The notes under the pieces: generated by a model
Databases searched by the model: none
The model's input: only the letters and a program-made list of their open reading frames with translations
What the model was told of the DNA's origin: nothing
IMG/VR virus record: IMGVR_UViG_3300048591_000147
Coordinates: 1-64,000 of that record
DNA: 64,000 nt
From: a virus
Strand: one strand, 5' to 3'
Part shown: in pieces, positions 46,399 through 54,979 of the stretch
Numbering within the stretch: position 1 is the first letter of the stretch
Layout: every line of letters begins with the position of its first letter
Translations under genes and position numbers: made by a program

Positions 46399-46650
46399 AT
46401 GTGGACCTCGAAATCCACGAAGGAATTGAGAAATCCTGCTCAAAAATTATTAGGATCTGGCATGACTAAAGATGCGACCGAAGTTAGATGGATTGTTAAA
46501 TATGGTCCAGAATTAGAATGTGACAGAGAACAGAAGGTGGTGTATGATGAAAAATCCGCCATGGCACTATTTAAGAAGTACCAAGACAAGAATTTTCACG
46601 TAGATGTTTACAAACAATCTACAAAGATTGTAACAGAAAAGTTAACATAA
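46399..46650 (+). CDS. Hypothetical protein (83 aa)
   Basis: ORF. Confidence 0.45.
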   Translation: MWTSKSTKELRNPAQKLLGSGMTKDATEVRWIVKYGPELECDREQKVVYDEKSAMALFKKYQDKNFHVDVYKQSTKIVTEKLT

Positions 46651-46668
46651 TACAGAGATAATATAAAA

Positions 46669-46944
46669 ATGTACCCAGATAAGTTCGTTAGTAAGCCGGA
46701 AGAAATTCCATTAGAAGAACACTTTGCAATTTTTGAAGCTGCGTCTTACTACACTGAAGGGTATGATAAGGGCGATTCGGGAACAAATACGCCGTTTGTG
46801 CAGTATAGAGCGTATTTGACCAAAGAAACTCTTCTTGAGGGTATCAGACAAAGTGAATCTAGTGGATACGGTAAGAAATCTTATAAGGTGTGTAAAATCA
46901 TTCCAATGAGAATTGAAATCAGTATTGATGTTGCTGTACGATAA
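46669..46944 (+). CDS. Hypothetical protein (91 aa)
   Basis: ORF. Confidence 0.45.
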   Translation: MYPDKFVSKPEEIPLEEHFAIFEAASYYTEGYDKGDSGTNTPFVQYRAYLTKETLLEGIRQSESSGYGKKSYKVCKIIPMRIEISIDVAVR

Positions 46945-46959
46945 ACGGAGTTACATGCA

Positions 46960-47364
46960 ATGCAAAAGAAGAAACCGCATGAATTAAAAGAGACTGACAT
47001 CATTATTTACATTCAGGCTGCTATGGGTGTAAAGATATATAAAATCCTATCAATTGATAGGGTGTGGATGCAGATAAAGAATCAGTTTAATGCGTATCCG
47101 AAGGTGAGTAAGGCTATAGACTGGAATGGTTTACCACCATCCGCGAGAGCCAGATCAAAGACATTGTATAGGGATGAATACATCACTATTAATGATGAAT
47201 ACGCAGCGTTATGTGAGTTGAACAAGTTGAATGTCGATAACAATGAAAATGTGGCTCGACAAAACTTGCAGAACATGATACAATCGGTTAAAAGAGAATT
47301 ATACCCTGACGGATGGATTGAAGATTACGCAGAGTATAAAGCTAAAAGAGATGGTGCGCGATAA
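46960..47364 (+). CDS. Hypothetical protein (134 aa)
   Basis: ORF. Confidence 0.45.
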   Translation: MQKKKPHELKETDIIIYIQAAMGVKIYKILSIDRVWMQIKNQFNAYPKVSKAIDWNGLPPSARARSKTLYRDEYITINDEYAALCELNKLNVDNNENVARQNLQNMIQSVKRELYPDGWIEDYAEYKAKRDGAR

Positions 47365-47439
47365 AAACATGTTGCAGATTCTTTGAGTGTGTGATACCAT
47401 ATATACAAGATGTAGGAAATAAAAATTACGGGACTGTCT

Positions 47440-47513
47440 TCTAACTGGCGAAGAATCCTCACTGTCGATGAGTATAATGTGGGTTCGAATCCCATCAGTC
47501 CCGCATAAATAGA
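47440..47513 (+). tRNA. tRNA-Asp (anticodon GTC)
   Basis: Perfect acceptor gggactg/cagtccc. D stem ttct/agaa. Anticodon stem ctca/tgag with loop ctGTCga. T arm gtggg-ttcgaat-cccat. Confidence 0.6.
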
Positions 47514-47536
47514 GAATATCAATATGAGAATTCTCT

Positions 47537-48187
47537 ATGTTTTATACGGTTTATAAAATAACAAACATAAAAAATAATATGGTTTATGTAGGTGTCCATA
47601 AAACACTTGATTTAAATGATAATTATTTTGGGTCTGGACAGTATCTACGTGCCGCTATCAAAAAGTATGGAATATCAATCTTCACAAAGAAGATATTAGC
47701 AGTATTTGATACTCCCGAAGAAATGTTTAACATGGAGCGAAAAATAGTAACTGAGGAATTTGTAAAATCTAAAAATACGTATAACCTTGGAATAGGTGGG
47801 TCTGGTGGTAATAGAGTAGGTAAAGATCATCATACCCATTCGCTCTCCAATATGACAAGCATGTCAGAAAAAGCAAAGGCATCTTGGAATGATGTGACTT
47901 CAAGGGGGGAGAGGGTGAAAAAGTTAGCTACCAGAAATAGTAAGCTACATAAAATTGGCATACTTAAAAGACCTGATTGGACAGGCAGAAAACATAAAGA
48001 AAGTACAAAGCAGAAAATTTCTGAGAAAAATTCTAAAAATAGAACTGGTGAAGCAAACCATAGATTTGGTAAATGCTGGATAACAGATGGTACGATAAAT
48101 CGATCCGTATGTAAGGAAGCGGAATTACCAGATGGTTGGAGATATGGTAGAGTAATGAAAACGAACATAGTTGACAACACTAAATAA
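47537..48187 (+). CDS. GIY-YIG homing endonuclease (Seg-like)
   Basis: 'MFYTVYKITNIKNNMVYVGVHKT' ... 'YNLGIGGSGG'. Confidence 0.7.
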   Translation: MFYTVYKITNIKNNMVYVGVHKTLDLNDNYFGSGQYLRAAIKKYGISIFTKKILAVFDTPEEMFNMERKIVTEEFVKSKNTYNLGIGGSGGNRVGKDHHTHSLSNMTSMSEKAKASWNDVTSRGERVKKLATRNSKLHKIGILKRPDWTGRKHKESTKQKISEKNSKNRTGEANHRFGKCWITDGTINRSVCKEAELPDGWRYGRVMKTNIVDNTK

Positions 48188-48212
48188 GTTGTGTATGATA
48201 CAAAATAAAAAT

Positions 48213-48315
48213 GGGAACCTCGTATAAAGTGTGAGCAAGTGCATTAACCTCACATTTGGAATTATGGACAGCGTAATAACTGTCAGATTATGGTTCGAAT
48301 CCATGGGTCCCGCCA
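48213..48315 (+). tRNA. Over-length tRNA-like gene (100 nt)
   Basis: Acceptor gggaacc/gggtccc (1 mismatch) plus G plus CCA. T arm tatgg-ttcgaat-ccatg. Internal hairpins gtgag/ctcac and gacag/ctgtc (8-nt loop). Confidence 0.3.
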
Positions 48316-48318
48316 AAG

Positions 48319-48326
48319 TATAAATA
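48319..48326 (+). promoter_or_regulatory. Late promoter motif TATAAATA upstream of tRNA-Trp
   Basis: Exact octamer. Confidence 0.35.
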
Positions 48327-48335
48327 AAGTAATAT

Positions 48336-48411
48336 GGGTTATTAGTGTAATCAGGCCGCACGCGAGTCTCCAAAACTCTTAGTCTGGGTTCAAATCCTAG
48401 ATAGCCCGCCA
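48336..48411 (+). tRNA. tRNA-Trp (anticodon CCA)
   Basis: Acceptor gggttat/atagccc. D stem gtgt/gcac. Anticodon stem gagt/actc with loop ctCCAaa. T arm ctggg-ttcaaat-cctag. CCA encoded. 76 nt. Confidence 0.7.
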
Positions 48412-48433
48412 TATAATGTAATAAAAGATAAGT

Positions 48434-48512
48434 GAGCGGTTGGCGGAACGGTAGACGCAGATGGCCTAAAAAACTGTCTCCTTAGTGGTTCGAATCCACT
48501 ACAGGCTCACCA
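48434..48512 (+). tRNA. tRNA-Leu-like gene (Leu-type D arm 'GGCGGAACGGTAGACGC'); acceptor and anticodon arms imperfect
   Basis: T arm agtgg-ttcgaat-ccact. The 5' acceptor gagcggt pairs only 4/7 with the 3' strand. Possibly chimeric or a pseudogene. Confidence 0.3.
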
Positions 48513-48534
48513 GAATAATGTAATAGTATAATGG

Positions 48535-48653
48535 CATGTAGCTTAGAGGCAGAGCGAGTGACTGTGGAAGGAAACGTCAAGGCGTTGATCAGTTCGAATC
48601 TGATAACTTCAAAAGTAATCACTAGGTCGTAGGTTCGATCCCTACCTTGCCAG
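48535..48653 (+). tRNA. Over-length tRNA-like gene (119 nt) containing an internal extra T-arm-like hairpin
   Basis: Outer acceptor tggcatg/cttgcca (1 U.U). Terminal T arm gtagg-ttcgatc-cctac. Internal 'atcag-ttcgaat-ctgat'. Confidence 0.3.
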
Positions 48654-48667
48654 CATAAAATTTAAAT

Positions 48668-48806
48668 GTCTCTTTGGCCGAGTGGACTATGGCAACAGGC
48701 TGTGGGTGTAAGAGTAAAGGCTCTGATCAGTTCGAATCTGAAATCACCGAAAGTAACCTGTCAGATGAAAATCTAATCACTGGTTCGAATCCAGTAGGGG
48801 ACTCCA
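48668..48806 (+). tRNA. Over-length tRNA-like gene (139 nt), Ser-type D loop 'GGCCGAGTGG', containing an internal extra T-arm-like hairpin
   Basis: Outer acceptor gtctctt/aggggac (two G.U) plus T plus CCA. Terminal T arm actgg-ttcgaat-ccagt. 'acagg' and 'cctgt' sit ~70 nt apart. The internal 'tgatcagttcgaatctga' duplicates the one in 48535..48653. Confidence 0.3.
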
Positions 48807-48861
48807 ATATTTTTTAGGACACGACATACATAAATAACATGTATATACAGAGTGTCCTAAA

Positions 48862-49767
48862 ATGAAAAATAACATAACAAACGATATTGAGCTTTTCAAG
48901 CAGATAGTTCTTAAAAGTAAGAGCATAAGACAGGTTTTAAAATTTTTTAACATCTCATCAAATTCTGCTAGATATTTTACAGCCTTCCATGATCTCGTTA
49001 AATTATATGACATTGATATAAATCATTTCATTGCTTATAAAAGACTAATTGTACCAACAGACTTCGATTGGGGGCGGGTTAACTCTATAAAAGATGCCGC
49101 AGAACAATTAAAATTGATCGAACCGGAAGCCAAGCTATGTTCAACGTGGTATGGAAAAATTAAACAATACATTAACAATAATAATGTTGATGTGTCACAC
49201 TTCAACTACAATGGCAGATATAGAAATTTAAATAGAAGATATAATCATGATGATATCTTCATAGAAGACTCCATGGTATCTAAACAAACATTAAAGGCAA
49301 GATATTCAGCGCTGCGTTCAGACAATATCAGATGTGATATGAGCGATTGCATCATATCCGATAATTGGTTAGGTCGTCAGATCACATTACATCTGGACCA
49401 TATTGATGGTAATAATAGAAATAATTGTTTAACAAATTTACGCTTCTTGTGCCCGAACTGTCACAGCCAAACGTCCACATATGCTGGAAGAAACTTAAAG
49501 TTACACTCTAAAAAGCCAGAATATAAAAGAAAATACGTACCAAAACCAAAAAAGCAAAAAACTGAAAATATTATACCGCGTGAGAAGTACAAAAGGCCAG
49601 AACAGTTCACCGTAGATAAAGATGCGTTACAATCATTGATCATGACTAATTCCATGGTGGAGGTTGCAAAACTCTTCAAAGTGTCGGATAATGCGATTAG
49701 AAAGAGATGCAAGAAATTGGGCATTGATTTGTCGCTTTCTAAAAATAAAAGGACTTCAAAAATATGA
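48862..49767 (+). CDS. HNH homing endonuclease (Mob-like) with a C-terminal HTH
   Basis: 'HLDHIDGNNRNNCLTNLRFLCPNCH'. Paralog of 20008..20736. Confidence 0.65.
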   Translation: MKNNITNDIELFKQIVLKSKSIRQVLKFFNISSNSARYFTAFHDLVKLYDIDINHFIAYKRLIVPTDFDWGRVNSIKDAAEQLKLIEPEAKLCSTWYGKIKQYINNNNVDVSHFNYNGRYRNLNRRYNHDDIFIEDSMVSKQTLKARYSALRSDNIRCDMSDCIISDNWLGRQITLHLDHIDGNNRNNCLTNLRFLCPNCHSQTSTYAGRNLKLHSKKPEYKRKYVPKPKKQKTENIIPREKYKRPEQFTVDKDALQSLIMTNSMVEVAKLFKVSDNAIRKRCKKLGIDLSLSKNKRTSKI

Positions 49768-50027
49768 AATTCCCACCGTGGCAATCTATGGAAAACGCTC
49801 CCAAGGATAGAGATATTCTTATGGTGTGGCAATTTACTCACTCTACCGATCCGCGCCACAATTGTAAGCAAATTGGCATAAGTTGGTTCAACGGTGTCTT
49901 TGAAGAGCATCATCCGGGTAGTGGATTCTGGAATGGTTATGTTGTCGGTGGACATATTACAACCAGATCAAATAACTATAAACCAATCGCATGGATGGAA
50001 CTTCCACCAATTGATATAGAACAATGA
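49764..50027 (+). CDS. DUF551-like protein
   Basis: 'NAPKDRDILMVWQ...' and the C-terminal 'PIAWMELPPI' resemble the DUF551 'THWMPLPEPP' motif. Confidence 0.45.
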   Translation: MKFPPWQSMENAPKDRDILMVWQFTHSTDPRHNCKQIGISWFNGVFEEHHPGSGFWNGYVVGGHITTRSNNYKPIAWMELPPIDIEQ

Positions 50028-50236
50028 AAACCCGTAGAGATATTGGCGTTGGTCAAAAATATAACAAACATCAATGCACTTGTTATGTATGTGTGGGTGA
50101 TATCATAGCCTATAGAGACAAAAAATCCCTTGCAGAATACGAAGACTCCGTGTTAGAATATGATCTAACAAAGGATGAAGAACATGAAAGTATTTTGGGT
50201 GTTGGGCTGGGATCAGTATTATCCACGCAGAGATAA
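50024..50236 (+). CDS. Hypothetical protein (70 aa), Cys pairs 'CTCYVC'
   Basis: ORF. Confidence 0.4.
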   Translation: MKTRRDIGVGQKYNKHQCTCYVCVGDIIAYRDKKSLAEYEDSVLEYDLTKDEEHESILGVGLGSVLSTQR

Positions 50237-50354
50237 TTTCTTAGCATCATTTGATAATGAAAAGGATGCGCGACAGTTTATCTACGAGCAAGGCGACTAT
50301 TGGGATAATTATGAAGTCATAAACATCTCCCATAGACTATAGAGTATAATAATC

Positions 50355-50663
50355 ATGATGGTAAATCCTAAAGATACCGTAGTACTAATTGTGCAACATC
50401 TAATAACCAACAAATATAGATTAATCGAATTGGAATCACCAATTGCTAACAAATTGGATGAAGATGAATGCATAGTCGATTCAATTGAAATTGGAAAAAG
50501 TGAACCGTCGCATTTCGTCGCATTCATTACCACTATTCGCTTACAGTATGGTGTTGACTGTAGAATTAGCATTTGTTCTGGAGAACTTGGTTCATATGGT
50601 GAGATACTCTATTTTGAGATTAGAGATGGTAAAAGAAATAAAAATTTCAATCATATCCAATAA
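50355..50663 (+). CDS. Hypothetical protein (102 aa)
   Basis: ORF. Confidence 0.4.
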   Translation: MMVNPKDTVVLIVQHLITNKYRLIELESPIANKLDEDECIVDSIEIGKSEPSHFVAFITTIRLQYGVDCRISICSGELGSYGEILYFEIRDGKRNKNFNHIQ

Positions 50664-50677
50664 ATTGAGAACTGTTA

Positions 50678-50878
50678 ATGAATATTAAGATCGGTATGAT
50701 CGTAGAGTTTGTGGACAAGGTCTATGAGCCGCCATTCTACCCTTATTATGAAGCCTACAAGGGCCATAAATTTAAAGTTGATCACATCTATCACGGTGAC
50801 CATCTTGCGTTAACCTGCACCACTGGGGACGTTCTGGTGAACGGTTACGTGCATGACTTTGATGTGAGGGTTGTATGA
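50678..50878 (+). CDS. Hypothetical protein (66 aa)
   Basis: ORF. Confidence 0.4.
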   Translation: MNIKIGMIVEFVDKVYEPPFYPYYEAYKGHKFKVDHIYHGDHLALTCTTGDVLVNGYVHDFDVRVV

Positions 50879-51261
50879 GCTACGAATTAGACTATTTTCC
50901 ACCAAAACCCTTTAATAGTAACGGGTGGAGTTCAAAGACATTAAATTATAGTCCTTGGCGGAAATCACTATACTTAGGCTCCCCAGCGCAAATTTCATTA
51001 GAAGTCGATCTATTTGATGGCGTATATAAATGGGTCGTGAATGTTACCGATTGGAATTATAAGCATACCCGATATGTTGGAAGAGCTAAGACGGCAAAAG
51101 AAGCATGTCAAAAAGCAGAAGATATGGGCGAAACACAATTATATGTCTTAACTCCCGATTGGATTAAAACAGCGCTACAACATAAATGGCGCCCACCTTT
51201 TATAGAAGGTAATCGTTCTGGGTATTTGGGTGTAGCTGTAGAAATTATTGAGATGGATTAA
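50875..51261 (+). CDS. Hypothetical protein (128 aa)
   Basis: ORF. Confidence 0.45.
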   Translation: MSYELDYFPPKPFNSNGWSSKTLNYSPWRKSLYLGSPAQISLEVDLFDGVYKWVVNVTDWNYKHTRYVGRAKTAKEACQKAEDMGETQLYVLTPDWIKTALQHKWRPPFIEGNRSGYLGVAVEIIEMD

Positions 51262-51266
51262 TACAA

Positions 51267-51551
51267 ATGAATGATGTAACGCTACTACCATGCCCATTTT
51301 GTGGGATGGAACCAGAAGATGATTTAATAGACACGTTATATCGATCTGGAATAATGTGGAGAGATCATCCACATCCAGATGGGTCTACCATGCGTTCTTA
51401 TCACGGTAGAGATAAAGCTCAACCGGGAGATGGTTGGTGTTGGACCATGCATTGCACCGAAAATATTGGTGGATGCGGTGCAGAAATAAGTGCTGATAGC
51501 AGAGAAGAAGCTATCGCACGTTGGAATAGACGACCAAGTCAGGAAACTTGA
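51267..51551 (+). CDS. Lar-family restriction-alleviation protein
   Basis: N-terminal 'LLPCPFCG' and C-terminal 'EEAIARWNRRP', flanking a Cys-rich core ('CWTMHCTENIGGCGAE'). This matches the Lar/RalR family signature. Confidence 0.6.
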   Translation: MNDVTLLPCPFCGMEPEDDLIDTLYRSGIMWRDHPHPDGSTMRSYHGRDKAQPGDGWCWTMHCTENIGGCGAEISADSREEAIARWNRRPSQET

Positions 51552-52012
51552 TTATGAAAATTATAAGATTTGATACACCTAACCATACCGCTGAGCAAGT
51601 CAAAACAGTGCTATCAACCATCGGATGCGGGTTTGAGTCACATGATGAATCGGCTTGGTTGGTTGGTATAGAAGAAGATAATAAAAATAGCTGTCTTACA
51701 GACTTCTTTGAGGCTATTGGCTTCAAGTATGTCATGGTAGTTTCGATTGACGATGTTAAATCTCTCTTCGTTAATTCTCAAGATGATAATACTATTACAT
51801 TAACAAAATATGTATTAGTTTATCGCATGTACGATAATAAGACTTTTTGCTTTTCTGCAATTAACCCCACCTTCAAGGCTAAGGTGAATGCTGATTATAT
51901 CTTTGCTCCGGGAGTTTATCCAATTCCTATGAAAGATAGATATGGCATATTCTCTAATTCTCATCCTCAGATTCCAAGTGATAGTGAACTTATGCGTTTG
52001 ATGGGGCGATGA
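51548..52012 (+). CDS. Hypothetical protein (154 aa)
   Basis: ORF. Confidence 0.45.
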   Translation: MIMKIIRFDTPNHTAEQVKTVLSTIGCGFESHDESAWLVGIEEDNKNSCLTDFFEAIGFKYVMVVSIDDVKSLFVNSQDDNTITLTKYVLVYRMYDNKTFCFSAINPTFKAKVNADYIFAPGVYPIPMKDRYGIFSNSHPQIPSDSELMRLMGR

Positions 52013-52015
52013 GAC

Positions 52016-52270
52016 ATGGAAGAAATAACCAAAGAAACATACGGGGACTTTGTCCGCAAGTATTGGTCACAAGACTTGACTGACGAAGAGTGTGATTTCG
52101 TATTATGGAATTTAACAGGATTTCCTATGGTGCCTATTGAAACCATGAAAGAACAACTCCAAACACAGTATAAAGAAAGTGGTGGAAATATCGATCTTGC
52201 TATGAAGACTTATGATGACTATGTCCGTAGAGAGCTTAAACGATTACGGGAAGAAGAAAATGGATTATGA
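52016..52270 (+). CDS. Hypothetical protein (84 aa)
   Basis: ORF. Confidence 0.4.
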   Translation: MEEITKETYGDFVRKYWSQDLTDEECDFVLWNLTGFPMVPIETMKEQLQTQYKESGGNIDLAMKTYDDYVRRELKRLREEENGL

Positions 52271-52463
52271 TGATATCAGAGTTAAGACACGAGTTGCTTC
52301 AGATCAAGAAAGTGATGCTCTGGATGCTGCTTTAGGATTAAAGAAAGTTGAATTTAGAGTGTCAGAAGACACCTATGATTTGCTAAAACAATTAGCAATA
52401 CACAACGGAGTTAGCCTACCACATCTACTGCGCACGATTATCGAACAAAGGTTAAAGATATGA
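52260..52463 (+). CDS. Ribbon-helix-helix (CopG/Arc-like) DNA-binding protein
   Basis: C-terminal 'VEFRVSEDTYDLLKQLAIHNGVSLPHLLRTIIEQ' has a beta-strand plus two helices RHH pattern. ATG at 52260 inside ORF 52212..52463. Confidence 0.45.
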   Translation: MDYDDIRVKTRVASDQESDALDAALGLKKVEFRVSEDTYDLLKQLAIHNGVSLPHLLRTIIEQRLKI

Positions 52464-52747
52464 ATGATATAAAAGATTGTGCGGAGTTTTATGTATGGAA
52501 GCCATTTGACACTGCACCGAAAGATGGTAGACTAATAGTAATTCGCATGAAGAAATCAGCATTTCCGTTCGTTGCATATTGGTCGCCAGTATTCAAGGCA
52601 TGGGCCGCACCGTCCTTTGAGAAAGAAGAAATTATACAGGACGGAGAATTTACTAGGTTGCGATTTGTGGCTATTATGCCAGAAACTGGTATGGGCGGGT
52701 GGGCACCGATCCCACAAATTACGAGCAGGATGCCATTAGATGATTGA
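52460..52747 (+). CDS. DUF551-like protein (second copy)
   Basis: 'DTAPKDGRLIVIRM...AYW'. Confidence 0.35.
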   Translation: MNDIKDCAEFYVWKPFDTAPKDGRLIVIRMKKSAFPFVAYWSPVFKAWAAPSFEKEEIIQDGEFTRLRFVAIMPETGMGGWAPIPQITSRMPLDD

Positions 52748-53087
52748 ATTAGATAGAGAAGAATATTTTTCTGAAGAAGAATATCAAATCGACGTCCGTA
52801 GGGAACAGATCAAACAACTACAAGCCGAAATTAGAGGGTTGCAGAGTGACGTGCCATGGATTTGTCCGAACTGCGACTATCATAATTTGACGAAACACAG
52901 TACCCTTCATTTATATGAATATTATGTGCCACCATATTCATGCGCCGGTGGCGATTATTATACCCCAGAAAAATATGCAAGAATACAATGTGATAGTTGT
53001 GAACACTATATGCAATTCCTTAGAGCGGAATTAGATATTCCAACTGATTTATTTTTAAGAATTCTGACGCACAAGACAGGTGGATGA
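52740..53087 (+). CDS. Zinc-finger protein (CPNC...CDSCEH)
   Basis: Two Cys pairs. 115 aa. Confidence 0.45.
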   Translation: MIELDREEYFSEEEYQIDVRREQIKQLQAEIRGLQSDVPWICPNCDYHNLTKHSTLHLYEYYVPPYSCAGGDYYTPEKYARIQCDSCEHYMQFLRAELDIPTDLFLRILTHKTGG

Positions 53088-53794
53088 TGGGCTATATTCC
53101 ACCACCACGACCATTGTATTATCCTATGACCAGAAACTCTGTTCCGCCTCCACCGCCTCCAAAAAGAATTATCAGGGAGGATGCTCCGCTATTATTCAAA
53201 CCGAAAAAGAAAGCCAAAGAAATGAAATTAGAAGTCCTTTCCCATGCCCTTGAAGGTGATACTTTAATTATTAGATATGGCAATGCGGATGGATATCGCA
53301 CGATGAAAGTTGGTCGTCATGGGTCATTAACTGACGTTGACATAAATGAAGCGTTAGAGCAGATAGTTGAGCAAAAAGATTTGGCAGAGGTTAAAAAATT
53401 ATATAGCCCATATCTCAGTCCATCATATTCTTCTAAAGAAGAATGGTTTGGGAAAATAGTTGTTGACGAGAGTAAGAAATATTGTAATAGAGTTACTAAA
53501 TACGCGGATGCGGCAGACTACTATAAAAAATTGAGCACAAACCAAAAAGAGCAAATTGAAAAGCCTAAATTTCCGCCAAATATGTTGATTAATGAATCCA
53601 CTGGTAAAGTTACATATGATGTGGATGATCGCGTAATAGTGGAACAGGCACAAGCAGACCATCATGCTGAATGGGGTAATCATGCCCCATCAAAAAGCGA
53701 ATGGTATGATATTTTCCCAGAAAAAAGAAAAAAGAAATCATTGTGGGAAAGGATCATTGACAGAATTATCAAAAATATAGTATGGGGTAAGTGA
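53084..53794 (+). CDS. Hypothetical protein with a Pro-rich N-terminus (236 aa)
   Basis: 'PPPRPLYYPMTRNSVPPPPPPKR'. Confidence 0.45.
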   Translation: MMGYIPPPRPLYYPMTRNSVPPPPPPKRIIREDAPLLFKPKKKAKEMKLEVLSHALEGDTLIIRYGNADGYRTMKVGRHGSLTDVDINEALEQIVEQKDLAEVKKLYSPYLSPSYSSKEEWFGKIVVDESKKYCNRVTKYADAADYYKKLSTNQKEQIEKPKFPPNMLINESTGKVTYDVDDRVIVEQAQADHHAEWGNHAPSKSEWYDIFPEKRKKKSLWERIIDRIIKNIVWGK

Positions 53795-54004
53795 ATGCGT
53801 AAGCTAGAAGGTGAGTGGACAATAGAATATGAAAAGCCGGTTAGGCAATATCATAGTCGGGCATTACGAATGATGGTTAAACAGTTAAAACAAGAGATAG
53901 CCGATGATGCTAAAGTAATTGTTGACAAATATGCGACTGAAGCCGTCTTAAAACATCTGATTAAAGAGCTTCGTAAACAGACGAAAGAGAGATTTAAGAA
54001 ATGA
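53795..54004 (+). CDS. Hypothetical protein (69 aa)
   Basis: ORF. Confidence 0.4.
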   Translation: MRKLEGEWTIEYEKPVRQYHSRALRMMVKQLKQEIADDAKVIVDKYATEAVLKHLIKELRKQTKERFKK

Positions 54005-54333
54005 ATTATACAGTGAATGGCCCATTTATTATATTGGATGGAGTTAATAGGGGAGGTCCGAGCTATAAGCTTGATGCCAATTTTGATTTAGATATATCTT
54101 GGGAGAAAACTTCGAAGCGTAGATTGAATACCAATAGAATCCTACCAAAGAGTAAAAGAAATCATAATATTATTCAACCTTGGCAGTCATCATATAAGCG
54201 GTGGAATAGAAATCCCCATATTATCGAAAGACTTCTCGTTAAGAAATGCGCTAAAGAGATATGTGATGAAATTGATAAGGAGCTTATGGCAGATTTAGTA
54301 AAATTATTTAGAGGGCCATTATTTAATGTATAA
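54001..54333 (+). CDS. Hypothetical basic protein (110 aa)
   Basis: ORF. Confidence 0.4.
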   Translation: MNYTVNGPFIILDGVNRGGPSYKLDANFDLDISWEKTSKRRLNTNRILPKSKRNHNIIQPWQSSYKRWNRNPHIIERLLVKKCAKEICDEIDKELMADLVKLFRGPLFNV

Positions 54334-54730
54334 CATAGCAAACTTGACATATAACTGCAATTTCAAGATTGATTACACGAACTATAAGGGCGAACGTTCA
54401 GTAAGAACTATTCGCCCAATTTGCATATGGTTTGGATCAACAGAATATCACAAAGAGTCGCAATTTCTTTTAAACGCTTTGGATGTCGATAAAAATGAAG
54501 AGAGGGATTTCGCGATGAAGGATATCCACGATCTAGAGCTTGATAACCAAGACGGTTATTACAATCCACTATTGTTACAAGAAGATTACATTTTTCCATA
54601 TCCTTCCAATAGTGGGGCGACAGTTGAAGGTGATAATGTAATTATACTAGACAGAGAAGAATTGCTCAAACAGTTGACAAGGACTCTGCTACCAGATACT
54701 ATAGAGCCATCAAATGAGAAACAAGAATAA
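54326..54730 (+). CDS. Possible WYL-domain protein
   Basis: 'Y.NYKGERSVRTIRPICIWFGSTEYH..SQFLLNALDVD...ERDFAMKDI' resembles the WYL core. Weak. Confidence 0.3.
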   Translation: MYNIANLTYNCNFKIDYTNYKGERSVRTIRPICIWFGSTEYHKESQFLLNALDVDKNEERDFAMKDIHDLELDNQDGYYNPLLLQEDYIFPYPSNSGATVEGDNVIILDREELLKQLTRTLLPDTIEPSNEKQE

Positions 54731-54891
54731 CATATGTAACCGGAAACGGTGTCATTAAAGGCGGTTGAATACTACCCGGCTGAGATTAGACAGAGAGGTT
54801 CGAAACTCTCAAACTATCGAGAACTAAGGAATGGACCGGGTTCGTTATCACAATGTCAACCTGCATATGTTTTACTTATATGTAATAGTAC

Positions 54892-54963
54892 ACCCTGTTA
54901 GTAATAGCGGCTAGAATATCTATATTGATCTGGAAGAGGACGGTTCGATACCGTCACAGGGTG
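54892..54963 (+). tRNA. tRNA-like gene (perfect acceptor accctgt/acagggt and T arm gacgg-ttcgata-ccgtc; degenerate anticodon arm)
   Basis: 72 nt. Only a 3-bp / 6-nt-loop candidate anticodon hairpin. Confidence 0.3.
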
Positions 54964-54979
54964 TATGAAAAAGAATTAA

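Noticed and set aside
49461-49955. 164-aa minus-strand ORF
   Set aside because: It overlaps the 3' end of the HNH gene and the DUF551 gene on the plus strand. No RBS.
54796-54850. Two further T-arm-like hairpins (gagag-gttcgaaa-ctctc; accgggttcgttatcac)
   Set aside because: Non-canonical 8-nt loops and no pairing acceptor strands. Not called as tRNAs.
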